From Octopus sinensis (taxonomy: Eukaryota), in the NCBI RefSeq assembly GCF_006345805.1, contig NW_021832558.1, positions 2,342-66,341 on the forward strand: DNA of 64,000 bases, read 5' to 3'. Positions within the stretch are counted from its first letter, which is position 1; the number at the start of each line of letters is the position of its first letter. A program made the translations under genes and the position numbers. The notes below the pieces were generated by a model, which saw nothing but the letters and a program-made list of their open reading frames with translations, did no database searches and had not been told where the DNA came from. This document shows positions 53,564 to 64,000 of the stretch, one piece after another.

Positions 53564-54025
53564 TGTATGTGTGTGGTATGTATGTATGTATGTATGTATG
53601 TATGTATGATGTATGGATGAATGATGTATGTATGTATGCATGTATGTATGGTATGTATGTATGTATATATGTATGTAGTATGTGTATGTATGATGTATGT
53701 CTGTATGTATGCATGTTATGTATATAATGTATGTATGTATGTATGTATGTATGTATATATGTATGTATGTATGTATGTAATGTATGTATGTGGATTATGT
53801 TGTGTGTCTTGTTTGTCCCCCCCCCCAACATCGCTGACAACCGATGCTGGTGTGTTTACGTCTCCGTAACTTAGCGGTTCGGCAAAAAGAGACACGATGA
53901 TAGAATAAGTATGGCTTACAAAGATAAGTCCTGGGGACTCGATGTGCTCGACTTGAAGCGGGTCAGCGTGGCACGCCGTCGAGTCGAAAAGCCCTGGAAC
54001 AACAAGTAAAGAGAGTAAAGAGAGT
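50268..54025 (+). mobile_element. SINE family C whose internal microsatellite is expanded to ~3.3 kb of (TATG)n
   Basis: SINE head 50268-50425, degenerate (GTAT)n 50440-53800, SINE 3' half resumes at ~53805 (GTTTGTCCCC...ACAACCGATGCTGGTGTG). Confidence 0.85.
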
Positions 54026-54123
54026 ACCTCGGGTTGACAAGTTGGGAGGGAGGTCGGCGCCGAGAAACCCCTCTAATGGCTATTGGGGCACGCCAGCACC
54101 ATCGCGGCGTTGCCGCGGTTGAT

Positions 54124-54862
54124 AAATAATAATAATAATGAAATTAATTGTATGCAGTGCTCAGGTGCACCACAACTTGTCAAAAGTGCGTATAAAGCAT
54201 ATGCAGTAATGTGCAAATGTCTGGGAAGTGAACAGTGTATGAGTCAGATACATGCTTGTGTGTGTATGGAGGGAGAAAATCAGGTGTAAGTGTTGTTGGA
54301 TCTCAGGAAGCATGGAAGTTTTGAAGGAAGCAGTGCTCCGACAACTAAAACAATGATTGCCGGCAGTTTTTTCCTGCTTCAGCGTGTGTATGCAGGGAGA
54401 AAGTCAGGTGTAGTGTTGGCGAATCTCAGGAAGCATGGAAGTTTTGAAGGATGCAGTGCTCCGACAACTAACAACTGATGCCGGCAGTTTGTTCCATGCT
54501 TCAGCGTGTGTATGGAGGGGAGAAAATCAGGTGTAGTGTTGGCGAATCTCAGGAAGCATGGAAGTTTTGAAGGAAGCAGTGCTCCGACAACTAACAACTG
54601 ATGCCGGCAGTTTGTTCCATGCTTCAGCAACTCTCAGCGTGAAAAAATGTTCCCGAAAGTCATTGGAGCTGTGCTGTTTTCTGACTTTGAAAATCAGGTG
54701 TAGTGTTGGTGAATCTCAGGAAGCATGGAAGTTTTGAAGGATGCAGTGCTCCGACAACTAACAACTGATGCCGGCAGTTTGTTCCATGCTTCAGCAACTC
54801 TCAGCGTGAAAAAATGTTTCCGAAAGTCATGGGAGCTGTGCTATTTTCTTACTTTGTAAACA
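54124..54862 (-). mobile_element. CR1-type LINE 3' end with internal tandem duplications
   Basis: Inverted homolog of 59520-60335; (TAT)n tail at ~54124. Confidence 0.8.
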
Positions 54863-55269
54863 CGTCCACGGGCGAGGCTGATACGTTGGAACAGCCAAGC
54901 GCCATAATAACGGTTTCAAATTTTAGTGAAAGGCCTGCAATTTTATGAGGAGGATACCAGTCGATGACATTGACACCCAGTACTTAACTAGTCCTTCATT
55001 TTATCGATCCCGAATGGATAAGATAAAGCTGTTTCAAAAGGGTTTGAACTCACGTATAAGTAATCGGAAGAAACGCCACTAAGCATTTTGTCCGGTGAAC
55101 CAAGGATTCTGCCAGCTTGCCATTTATTTAGCTAATAACTAAGGATTCCTGGTTTAGGGGCAATGTGATAATTTTGAAGGAAAGGACTAAGTCGATTACA
55201 CTATCTCATTATATAACTGGTACTTTATCGGTTGTTTATGGAAGACCAGCAGTCGCCCATGCATACCGG

Positions 55270-55495
55270 CCTCCCCTCCTCTCCACGCCACCAGTGTTAT
55301 CCAAGGGAAAGGCAAAGGGGCCGATACAGCTTGGCACTAGTGACGTCACAACTCATTTCTACAGATGAGTGAACTGGAGCAACATGAAATAAAGTGTCTT
55401 GCTCAAGAACACAACACGCAGGCCGGTCCGGGAATCGAACCCACAACCTCACGATCGTAAGCTCGACGCTCTAACCACTGAGCCATGTGCCTTCA
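55270..55495 (-). mobile_element. tRNA-derived SINE, CORE/Meta-like variant
   Basis: TGGCTCAGTGG, GGTTCGATTCCC, CTTGAGCAAGACACTT. Confidence 0.7.
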
Positions 55496-55939
55496 CAGCC
55501 TTTCCTGGACTTGTGCCTGCGAGGGTAACTTTCTAGGTGCAATCCCCTGGTCAGTTATGACTGAAGGGGGTCTCAGCATCTTATCGACCCAGGAGGGCTG
55601 AAAGCAAAGTTCATTGCAGCAGGATTCGAACACAGAATGCAAAAAACTTTAACTAAGTAGCCCAAAACATTTTCCCGGCACCCTAACGTTTCTTTCTGTC
55701 AGTAATAATGGTTTCAAATTTTAGTACAAGGCCAGCAATTTGGGTGAGGGGCAAGTCGATTTCCTCAACCCCAGTACTCAACTAGCACTAATTTTATGGA
55801 CCTTCGAAAAGATGAACAGCAAAGTCGACCGCGGCGGCATTTGAACTCAGAACGTAAAGTCCGACGAAATATTGCTAAGCATTTCGCTCGGCGTGCTAAC
55901 GATTCTGCCAGCTTGCTGCTTAAATCGACTCTGTAATAA

Positions 55940-56790
55940 TCCTTTCTACAATAGGCACAAGGCCAGCAATTTGGGGGGAGGTGGATTAAGTCGATTACAT
56001 TGACCCCCCGTGCGTAACTGGTACTTAATTTATCGACCCCGAAGGGATGAAAGGCAAAGTCGACCTCGGCGGAATTTGAACTCAGAACGTAAAGACAGAC
56101 GAAATACCAATTTCTTTACTATCCACAAGGGGCTCAACATAGAGGGGACAAACAAAGGGATTAAGTCGATTACATTGACCCCAGTGCGTAACTGGTACTT
56201 AATTTATCGACCCCGAAGGGATGAAAGGCAAAGTCGACCTCGGCGGAATTTGAACTCAGAACGTAAAGACAGATGAAATACCTATTTCTTTACTATCAAC
56301 AAGGGGCTCAACATAGACGGGACAAACAAAGGGATTAAGTCGATTACATTGACCCCAGTGCGTAACTGGTACTTAATTTATTGACCCCGAAAGGATGAAA
56401 GGCAAAGTCGACCTCGGCGGAATTTGAACTCAGAACGTAAGGACAGACGAAATACCTATTTCTTTACTATCCACAAGGGGCTCAACATAGAGGGGACAAA
56501 CAAAGGGATTAAGTCGATTACATTGACCCCCCGTACGTAACTGGTACTTAATTTATCGACCCCGAAAGGATGAAAGGCAAAGTCGACCTCGGCGGAATTT
56601 GAACTCAGAACGTAAAGACAGACGAAATACCTATTTCTTCATTGCCCACAAGGGGCTAAACATAGAGGGGACGAACAAGGACAAACAAACGGATTAAGTC
56701 GATTGCAGTGACCCCAGTGCGTAACTGGTACTTAATTTATTGACCCCGAAAGAATGAAGGGCAAAGTCGACCTCGGCGGAATTTGAATCG
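55940..56790 (-). repeat. Tandem array of SINE family A (~5 units)
   Basis: Units of ~166-180 bp with the same junction. Confidence 0.9.
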
Positions 56791-57139
56791 ACGATGTAAT
56801 AATGAAAATCAGAAAAAAAAAAAGAGACCTCTCTCTGAACTCTGAACTGTAAACTCTGAACTCTGAACTTTAAACTCTGAACTTGAAGATTCAGAACAAA
56901 TTCTTATACATATTTGTCTCTTTAATCGTGTTCTCCGTAAATAACTTTAATAAAATGGATAATCTCACTAATTCCTCGTCTTGTCTCCCATCACTGTGAG
57001 GATGCTGGAATTTTTGGTACTGGGTAGTAATGCGCCAGTTCCAATATTCGATCCTCGCTTTCTTCAGTTTGGCTTTCCTGCTTATCCTCACCTAATGATA
57101 TGAATGTTGGGTAATACTCGAAAGAATTCGATCACGGAT

Positions 57140-57722
57140 AAGTCGATTACATTGATCCCAGTGCGTAACTGGTACTTAATTTATCGACTCCGAAAGGATG
57201 AAAGGCAAAGTCGACCTCGGCGGAATTTGAAATAGGTATTTCGTCTGCCGCTACGTTCTGAGTTCAAATTCCGCCGAGGTCGACTTTGCCTTTCATCCTT
57301 TCGGAGTCGATAAATTAAGTACCAGTTACGCACTGGGGTCAATGTAATCGACTTAATCCCTTTGTTTGTCCCGTCTATGTTGAGCCCCTTGTGGGTAGTA
57401 AAGAATAGGTTATTTCGTCTGTCTTTACGTTCTGAGTTCAAATCCGCCGAGGTCGACTTGCCTTCTTTCATCCTTTCGGAGTCGATAAATTAAGTACCAG
57501 TTACGCACTGGAGTCAATGTAATCGACTTAATCCGTTGTCTGTCTTTGTTTGTCCTCTCTGTGTTAGCCCCTTGTGGGTAGTAAAGAAATAGGTATTTGT
57601 CTGTCTTTACGTTCTGAGTTCAAATTCCGCCGAGGTCGACTTTGCCTTTCATCCTTTCGGGGTCGATAAATTAAGTACCAGTTACGCACTGGGGTCAATG
57701 TAATCGACTTCATCCCTTTGTT
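57140..57722. repeat. SINE-A units in inverted then tandem arrangement
   Basis: The orientation switches at ~57232. Confidence 0.85.
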
Positions 57723-57724
57723 TG

Positions 57725-58110
57725 TCCAGAGATCCTTTGGAAGGATTCCTTCTCGTCCTTCTATATCCGTGACGAGAAGGAATCCTTCCAAAGGATCTCT
57801 GGAGAAACGTTACAGGGCAGGCTGTGTAGATCGGAGATAAGGGTGTCTCTCCAGACCAAGCCGCTACTTCTCCGCATTGAGAGGTCACGGTTCCGGTACT
57901 AAGGACATGTGAATCGCAAGCCGGATTCATCAAGTGAAGCCAAGTAACAAGAGACCTAGCGGGAGGCCATGATAGGAGATGGTTGGATTATGTTCATAAG
58001 AGTTGTTTACCACTCTTAGGAAACCACTGGGAAACTGTCAGAATTGGCTGAAGACCTCCCCTCGACAACTCTCCAGGAACACGGCGAAGATGGGCGGAGG
58101 GATCATACAA
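57725..58110 (+). pseudogene. RTE/Expander-like ORF C-terminal fragment with a 5' fold-back
   Basis: SFQRISGETLQGRLCRSEIR..PLLLRIERS...GHV...GRP..RWLDYV; 57725-57757 is an inverted copy of 57771-57803. Confidence 0.7.
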
Positions 58111-58983
58111 TATAATCCTTTCTTCTATAGGCACAAGGCCTGAAATTTTGGGGAAGGGTGATAGTGGAATACTTCGAGCCCAATGTTTCACTGGTCCTTA
58201 ATTTATCGGTCCCGAAAGAATGAAAGGCAAATTTGAACTCGGTGGAATTTGAACTCAGACCGTAGCGACGATCGAAATGCCTATTTCTTTACTACCCAAA
58301 AGGGGCTAAACACAGAGATGACAAACAAGGACAGACAAACAGATTAAGTCGATTACATCGACCCCAGTGCGAAACTGGTACTTAATTTATCGACCCCGAA
58401 AGAATGAAAGGCAAAGTCGACCTCGGCGGAATTTGAACTCAGAACGTAACGGCAGACGAAATACGGCTACGCATTTCGCCCAGTGTGCTAACCATTCTGC
58501 CAGCTCGCCGCCTTCGATCGAAATGCCGCTAAGCGTTTCGTCCGGCGTGCTACCGATTCGGCCAGCTATAATATAATGTATTTCTTCCTAAGGGTCACCA
58601 GAGTAACGTTACCCGACGGGGTGCGTAGCTCGGGGATCAGCGAGTTTCTCCAGGTCCAGCCGCTGCTTCTTCGCAGTGAGCTTTCGTACTAAATTCCACC
58701 GAGATCTATTTTGCCTTTCATCCTTTCGGGGTCGATTAAATAAGTACCAGTTACGTACTGGGGTCGATGTAATCGACTTAATCCGTTTGTCTGTCCTTGT
58801 TTGTCCCCTCTCTGTGTAGCCCCTTGTGGGCAGTAAAGAAAGAGGTATTTCGTCTGCCGCTACGTTATGTGCGAAAAAAGGCTTCTGTAAGTAAATTTTG
58901 TCTAAAGACTTACCTTGAATATGCTCTGCTGAAATTAGAATGATGTTAATACGCCCGTGTGTCTTTTCTGTCATCAAATACGG

Positions 58984-59034
<51 letters not shown>

Positions 59035-59519
59035 TTATCTATCTCTATCTATCTATCTCTCTGTCTGTCTGTTTATCTATATATTTATCTATCCATCTAT
59101 TCATCTATATATCCAACTATCTCTTTATTTATCTATCTACCTACATATTTATATATCTACCTGTCAACCTATCTATCTACCTACCAATCTATCTGTCTAT
59201 CTATCTAACCACCTAATCTATGTATTTATCTAACTATTGACTATCTATCTATCTATCTGTCTGTCTGTCTATTCATCTATCTCTATTTTCAAATTATTTT
59301 AAATTTAAAAAATTAAATATGCAAGTCCTTCAACTTTGTCATAGACAGACGGGTGGATGGATGGGCCGAAATACCTGTATGGCTATCAGAATTTTTACCT
59401 ATTTATATATTATATTTATCTATCCATCTACCTACCTTATTTGAAGACGTATAAGACGCACAATTTTTTCCAAAAAATACGTCTCAAAAAATCACTCCTC
59501 GTCCTAAGTGCAAATTTAA

Positions 59520-60335
59520 GAACCCTATCAGACTCCGACGTCTGGCAGCTGACTTGACAGACACCCATAAAATTATTAACCATCTTACAAACAATAACTC
59601 TGAGCACCTTTTCAAACTCCACCTGTCTAACACCCGTAGACATATTTACAAAGTCATAAAACAGCACAGCTCCCATGACTTTCGGAAACATTTTTTCACG
59701 CTAAGAGTTGCTGAAGCATGGAACAAACTGCCGGCATCAGTTGTTAGTTGTCGGAGCACTGCATCCTTCAAAACTTCCATGCTTCCTGAGATTCGCCAAC
59801 ACTACACCTGATTTTCTCCCCTCCATACCCACGCTGAAGCATGGAAACAACGCCGGCATCAGTTGTTAGTTGTCGGATCACTGCATCCTTCCAAACTTCC
59901 ATGCTTCCTGAGATTCGCCAACACTACACCTGATTTTCTCCCCTCCATAACACACGCTGAGCATGGAACAAACTGCCGGCATCAGTTGTTAGTTGTCGGA
60001 GCACTGCATCCTTCAAAACTTCCATGCTTCCTAGATTCGCCAACACTACACCTGATTTTCTCCCCTCCATACACACGCTGAAGCATGGAACAAACTGCCG
60101 GCATCAGTTGTTGTTGTCGGAGCACTGCATCCTTCAAAACTTCCATGCTTCCTGAGATTCGCCAACACTACACCTGATTTTCTCTCTCCTCCATACACAC
60201 ACAAGCATGTATCTGACTCATACCTGTTCACTTCCAGACATTTGTACATTACTGCATATACTTTATACGCACTTTTGACAAGTTGTGGTTGCCCCAACCT
60301 GAGCACTGTATACAATAATTTCATCATTATCATAT
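59520..60335 (+). mobile_element. CR1-type LINE 3' end with four ~122-bp tandem units
   Basis: LRRLAADL.DTHKII...RKHFFTLRVAEAWNKLPASVV...SFK; the unit spans the last codons and the start of the UTR. Confidence 0.8.
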
Positions 60336-60973
60336 TATAATTTTATCTAAAAACTTCTCCTGGATATACGGTGCTGAAAGTGAGGGTGCGTCGTGCGTCT
60401 AATACACCCCGTGTGCCTTTTATGCCATCGTGGGATCAGTGTGGAAAAGCTGGGATTTTGTATTAGGGATAGTATTCATCCAAGTGGAAATGGGTAGGGT
60501 GCTTCTCCTTCAGGTCCCGTCTCCCCAATTTCACTCCCAAGGTCCGCAGCTCTGACACACGACACTTCCTCCTCTGTGCAATATAATGTATATAATGCAT
60601 CAATCCTCGTTTATCACGGGTGTTTGGTTCCCTCATGCACACAAAACACCCGTGTTAAATAAATCACTGATAAATGGACAGGAGAAGATTAGAGGCGCAG
60701 GAGTGGATGTGAGGTTAATAAGCTTGCTTCTTAACCGCGTGGTTCCGGGTTCAGTTCCAGTGTGGAACCTTGGGTAAGTGTTCTCTATTATAGCATTGGG
60801 CTGATAAAAAAAAACTTATGAGTGGATTTAAAAGACTGAAGCTGAAAAAAAGCCGCCCGTCGCGTATATATAATATATATATATATATGTATATATATAT
60901 ACATACATAAACACACACATGTATATATAAACATACAACATATATATATAATATATATATATATATAATATAT

Positions 60974-61005
<32 letters not shown>

Positions 61006-61018
61006 CATATATCTATAT

Positions 61019-61055
<37 letters not shown>

Positions 61056-61062
<7 letters not shown>

Positions 61063-61262
61063 TTGGTGATTGAAGAATGGAGTTGAACGAAGATTGAACA
61101 GAAATCGTTTTATTGCATTCTACACGTGTTTCGAAAGGCACAATTTACCAAATTCCGATTGAATTTGGTAAATTGTGCCTTTCGAAACACGTGTAGAATG
61201 CAATAAAACGATTTCTGTTCAATCTTCGTTCAACTCCATTTCTTCAATTCACCAATAATATT
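61056..61262. repeat. Near-perfect fold-back palindrome (~100-bp arms, 5-nt loop) containing the 3' half of a hammerhead
   Basis: The arms differ by two 1-nt indels; the right arm contains GTGCCTTTC GAAA C ACGT G TA. Confidence 0.9.
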
Positions 61263-61741
61263 AAAATTCAATTATCCGCACCAACGCACGGTTGCAACAC
61301 CATATGGTTGTACCTCCAACCGTGCTGTCTTCTGCTGTGATTTTTGCTACCAAGGTATCGGTTAAACTTTTGATTAATCTGCAACAAGATTATTCATCTT
61401 TCTATTTCACAATATATATATTATATATATATATATACATATACACTTACATACGACAGGATTCTTTTGAGAGTGTGTGTGTGTGTGTGTGTGTGTTTGA
61501 CCCCGACCACCGCTTGACAACTGGTGTTGATATATTGGGTTGGCAACTAAGTTCCCACGGTTATTTTAAATAAAAAATTTTTTTAAACGTTTAATTAAAA
61601 ATAACAACTAATTAATCATAATGTATTCACTCTTGTTGTTTACAATTCTTCCCAAGTCCTGGGGTCGATTTGCTATATATATACAATATACTATAATATA
61701 TATATATATATATTATAGATAATATATATATATATATATAT

Positions 61742-61838
<97 letters not shown>

Positions 61839-62698
61839 GTGCAGGCGTGGCGTGTGTGGTACGAAGCTTGCTTACCAACCACATGGTTCGAGTTCAGCTC
61901 CCATGCGCGCATCTTGGGCAAGGGTCTTCTACTATAGCCTCGGGCCGACCAAAGCCCGTCGTATGTGTGTGTGTGTGTTGTGTGTGTGTGTGTGTGTGTG
62001 GCTTAGTGGTTAGGGTGTCAGCATCATGATCGTAAGATTGCGGTTTCGATTCCTGGACCGGGCGATGCGTTGTGTTCTTTAGCAAAACACTTCATTTCAC
62101 GTTGCTCCAGTCCACTCAACTGGCAAAAATGAGTAGCGCTGCGATGGACTGGCGTCCTATCCAGCTGGGGAACACATACGCCATAGAAACCGGGAAACCG
62201 GTCCCATGTGCCTGGCTAGGCTTTAAAAAGGGCGCATTTATTTTATTATATACGTGTGGTAAGTAGCTTGCTAACCAACCACATGGTTCCGGGTTCAGTC
62301 CCACTGCGTTGCATCTTGGGCAAGTGTCTTCTGCTATAGCCCCGGGCCGACCAATGCCTTGTGAGTGGATTTGGTAGATGGAAACTGAAAGAAGCCTGTC
62401 GTATATATATATATATATGTATGTGTGTGTTTGTGTGTCTGTGTTTGTCCCCCTAGCATTGCTTGACAACCGATGCTGGTGTGTTTACGTCCCCGTCACT
62501 TAGCGGTTCGGCAAAAGAGACCGATAGAATAAGTACTGGGCTTACAAAGAATAAGTCCCGGGGTCGATTTGCTCGACTAAAAGGCGGTTCTTCAGCATGG
62601 CCGCAGTCAAATGACTGAAACAAGTAAAAGAGTAAAAGAGAGTAATATATATATATATAGGAAAAATAGAAGTTGAAAATGCACTGAGAATAGTTCAA

Positions 62699-63119
62699 AT
62701 AGTTTTTATTATATTTAAGGATTTAACCGGTTTCACAGTTTACTGATTTTCAAAACGTTGAACTAGAAAGACGTGGCTTATGTCGCGGCTGTTTTGTTTC
62801 CGACTGATGTTTGAAGGTTGTCCTATTTTTACAGGGAGTTCACGCCAAACATTGTCATTTGATACTAACACACGGACGTAGCGGGGAACCTACAGAAATT
62901 TCTAAGATCAGTCATGTGACTATCTTCTACCAATCAAATCTTACTTGAAACATATACTAATTTGAGCCATAAACTCCCTATGAAAATAGGACAAGCTTCA
63001 AACCCTAGTCAGAAGCAAGACAGCTGTGACATAAGCCACGTCTTTCTATTTCAACTTTTTGAAAATCAGTGTAAACTGTGAAACCGGTTAAATCTTTAGA
63101 TATTATAAAAAAAACTAAT
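62699..63119. repeat. Inverted-repeat element (~140-bp arms) whose spacer matches the PLE 3' UTR at 19438-19550
   Basis: Spacer AAACATTGTCATTTGATACTAACACACGG...CAGTCATGTGACT...TAATTTGAGCCAT is shared with the 19.4 kb sequence. Confidence 0.8.
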
Positions 63120-63122
63120 CTG

Positions 63123-63800
63123 GTATAACACCCCATCTAATCTAGAAGTTTTTACCAACGTAACCAGGGGCTTCCCGTCGTTAATAAAGAAACATTTCCC
63201 CAGAGGCCATAAGTATTACAAACTCTTCAACCCCATAATGTCAAGGTAAGCTACTCCTGCTTAGACAACATCGCATCTAATATCACACGCATCAGCAGAC
63301 GGAAAAACGCACCCACACAACCCCCAACGCCAACCTGCAACTTTCGAAACCCTACCACCTGCCCTCAAGGAGGATACTGTCTCTCAAGGGCGGTAGTATA
63401 CAGAGCCACCCTTGCACCATCCGATAGCATTACTAGGCACTACACGGGCATGACAGCCAATGACTTGAGGGGAAGATATTCCCAGCACTTGCATTCATTT
63501 AGATCCAGAGACAGAAAGAACTCCATTTCCCTGTCGCGCTTTCCCTGGAGACTTCATGACCTCTGAGACGAAACACCCAGCATCAAGTGGACTATTATCG
63601 ACAGGGCGCCACCATATTCATCCCATGCTCCTAATTGCCAGCTTTGCCTCCGCGAAAAACTGCATATCATTTACCAACCCATAGTATCTGTCAACAAGAA
63701 ATATGAGGTATCGTATTGCTACCACCAGAGGTACTCCCTTCTGATGAATGTCAAGTCACTGGCGCCGACAACCCGAATGTACCTCTTTAGTACCAGCCAC
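63123..63800 (+). pseudogene. PLE linker plus GIY-YIG fragment of a second PLE type
   Basis: KKHFPRGHKYYKLFN..VKVSYSC..N, TCNFRNPTTCPQGGYCLSRAVVYRA...YTGMT...RYSQH..SF, IKWTII, CQLCLREKLHII. Confidence 0.8.
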
Positions 63801-63804
63801 CCCT

Positions 63805-64000
63805 AGTACCTATTTCTTTACTACCCACAAGGGGCTAAACACAGAGGGGACAAACAAGGACAGACAAACAGATTAAGTCGATTATATCAACCCCAGTGCG
63901 TAACTGGTACTTATTTAATCGACCCCGAAAGGATGAAAAGCAAAGTCGATGTCGGCGGAATTTGAACTCAGAACGTAGCGTCAGACGAAATACGGCTACG
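63805..64000 (-). repeat. SINE family A unit running off the window end
   Basis: Same unit and junction. Confidence 0.85.

Noticed and set aside
50297-53840. 858-aa and other HTYI/MYVC-repeat ORFs
   Set aside because: Stop-free frames of (TATG)n, not genes.
58870-60432. Tc2/pogo-like MITE pieces (CCGTATTT...AAGACGCAC-like ends at ~58980, 59440 and 60430)
   Set aside because: The ends are degenerate and no TSD pair could be confirmed, so it is not listed as a feature.
63738-63790. CTGATGA near the end of a PLE ORF
   Set aside because: It lies in the coding frame (LLMNVK) and is followed by GAAT without a proper helix II or III.

Overview
Eukaryotic, almost entirely repetitive, gene-poor DNA. 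It is most likely from an octopus; this is inferred from the tRNA-derived CORE-type SINEs and the extreme microsatellite load, not proven. I found no host protein-coding exon, rRNA, true tRNA gene or CRISPR array, and most ORF-track entries are microsatellite or SINE translations. Retroelements: a near full-length Tx1/L1-clade LINE embedded in (GATA)n, Dong/R4-clade pieces embedded in (TAA)n, a decayed HERO-like restriction-endonuclease LINE, at least four Penelope-like elements (PLEs) next to (TA)n, and RTE and CR1 3' fragments. Other repeats: three SINE families, hAT, piggyBac and Helitron non-autonomous elements, and a Tc1/mariner relic. The most notable signals, none visible in the ORF track, are (1) two intact and one decayed minimal type-I hammerhead ribozymes in PLE-type ends, (2) long fold-back palindromes, several centred on hammerhead helices or on palindromes inside retroelements, (3) apparent partitioning of microsatellite targets among retroelement clades, and (4) SINE arrays with a recurring tail-to-internal junction. 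All coordinates and pairings were read by eye; element boundaries are approximate unless a target-site duplication (TSD) is given.
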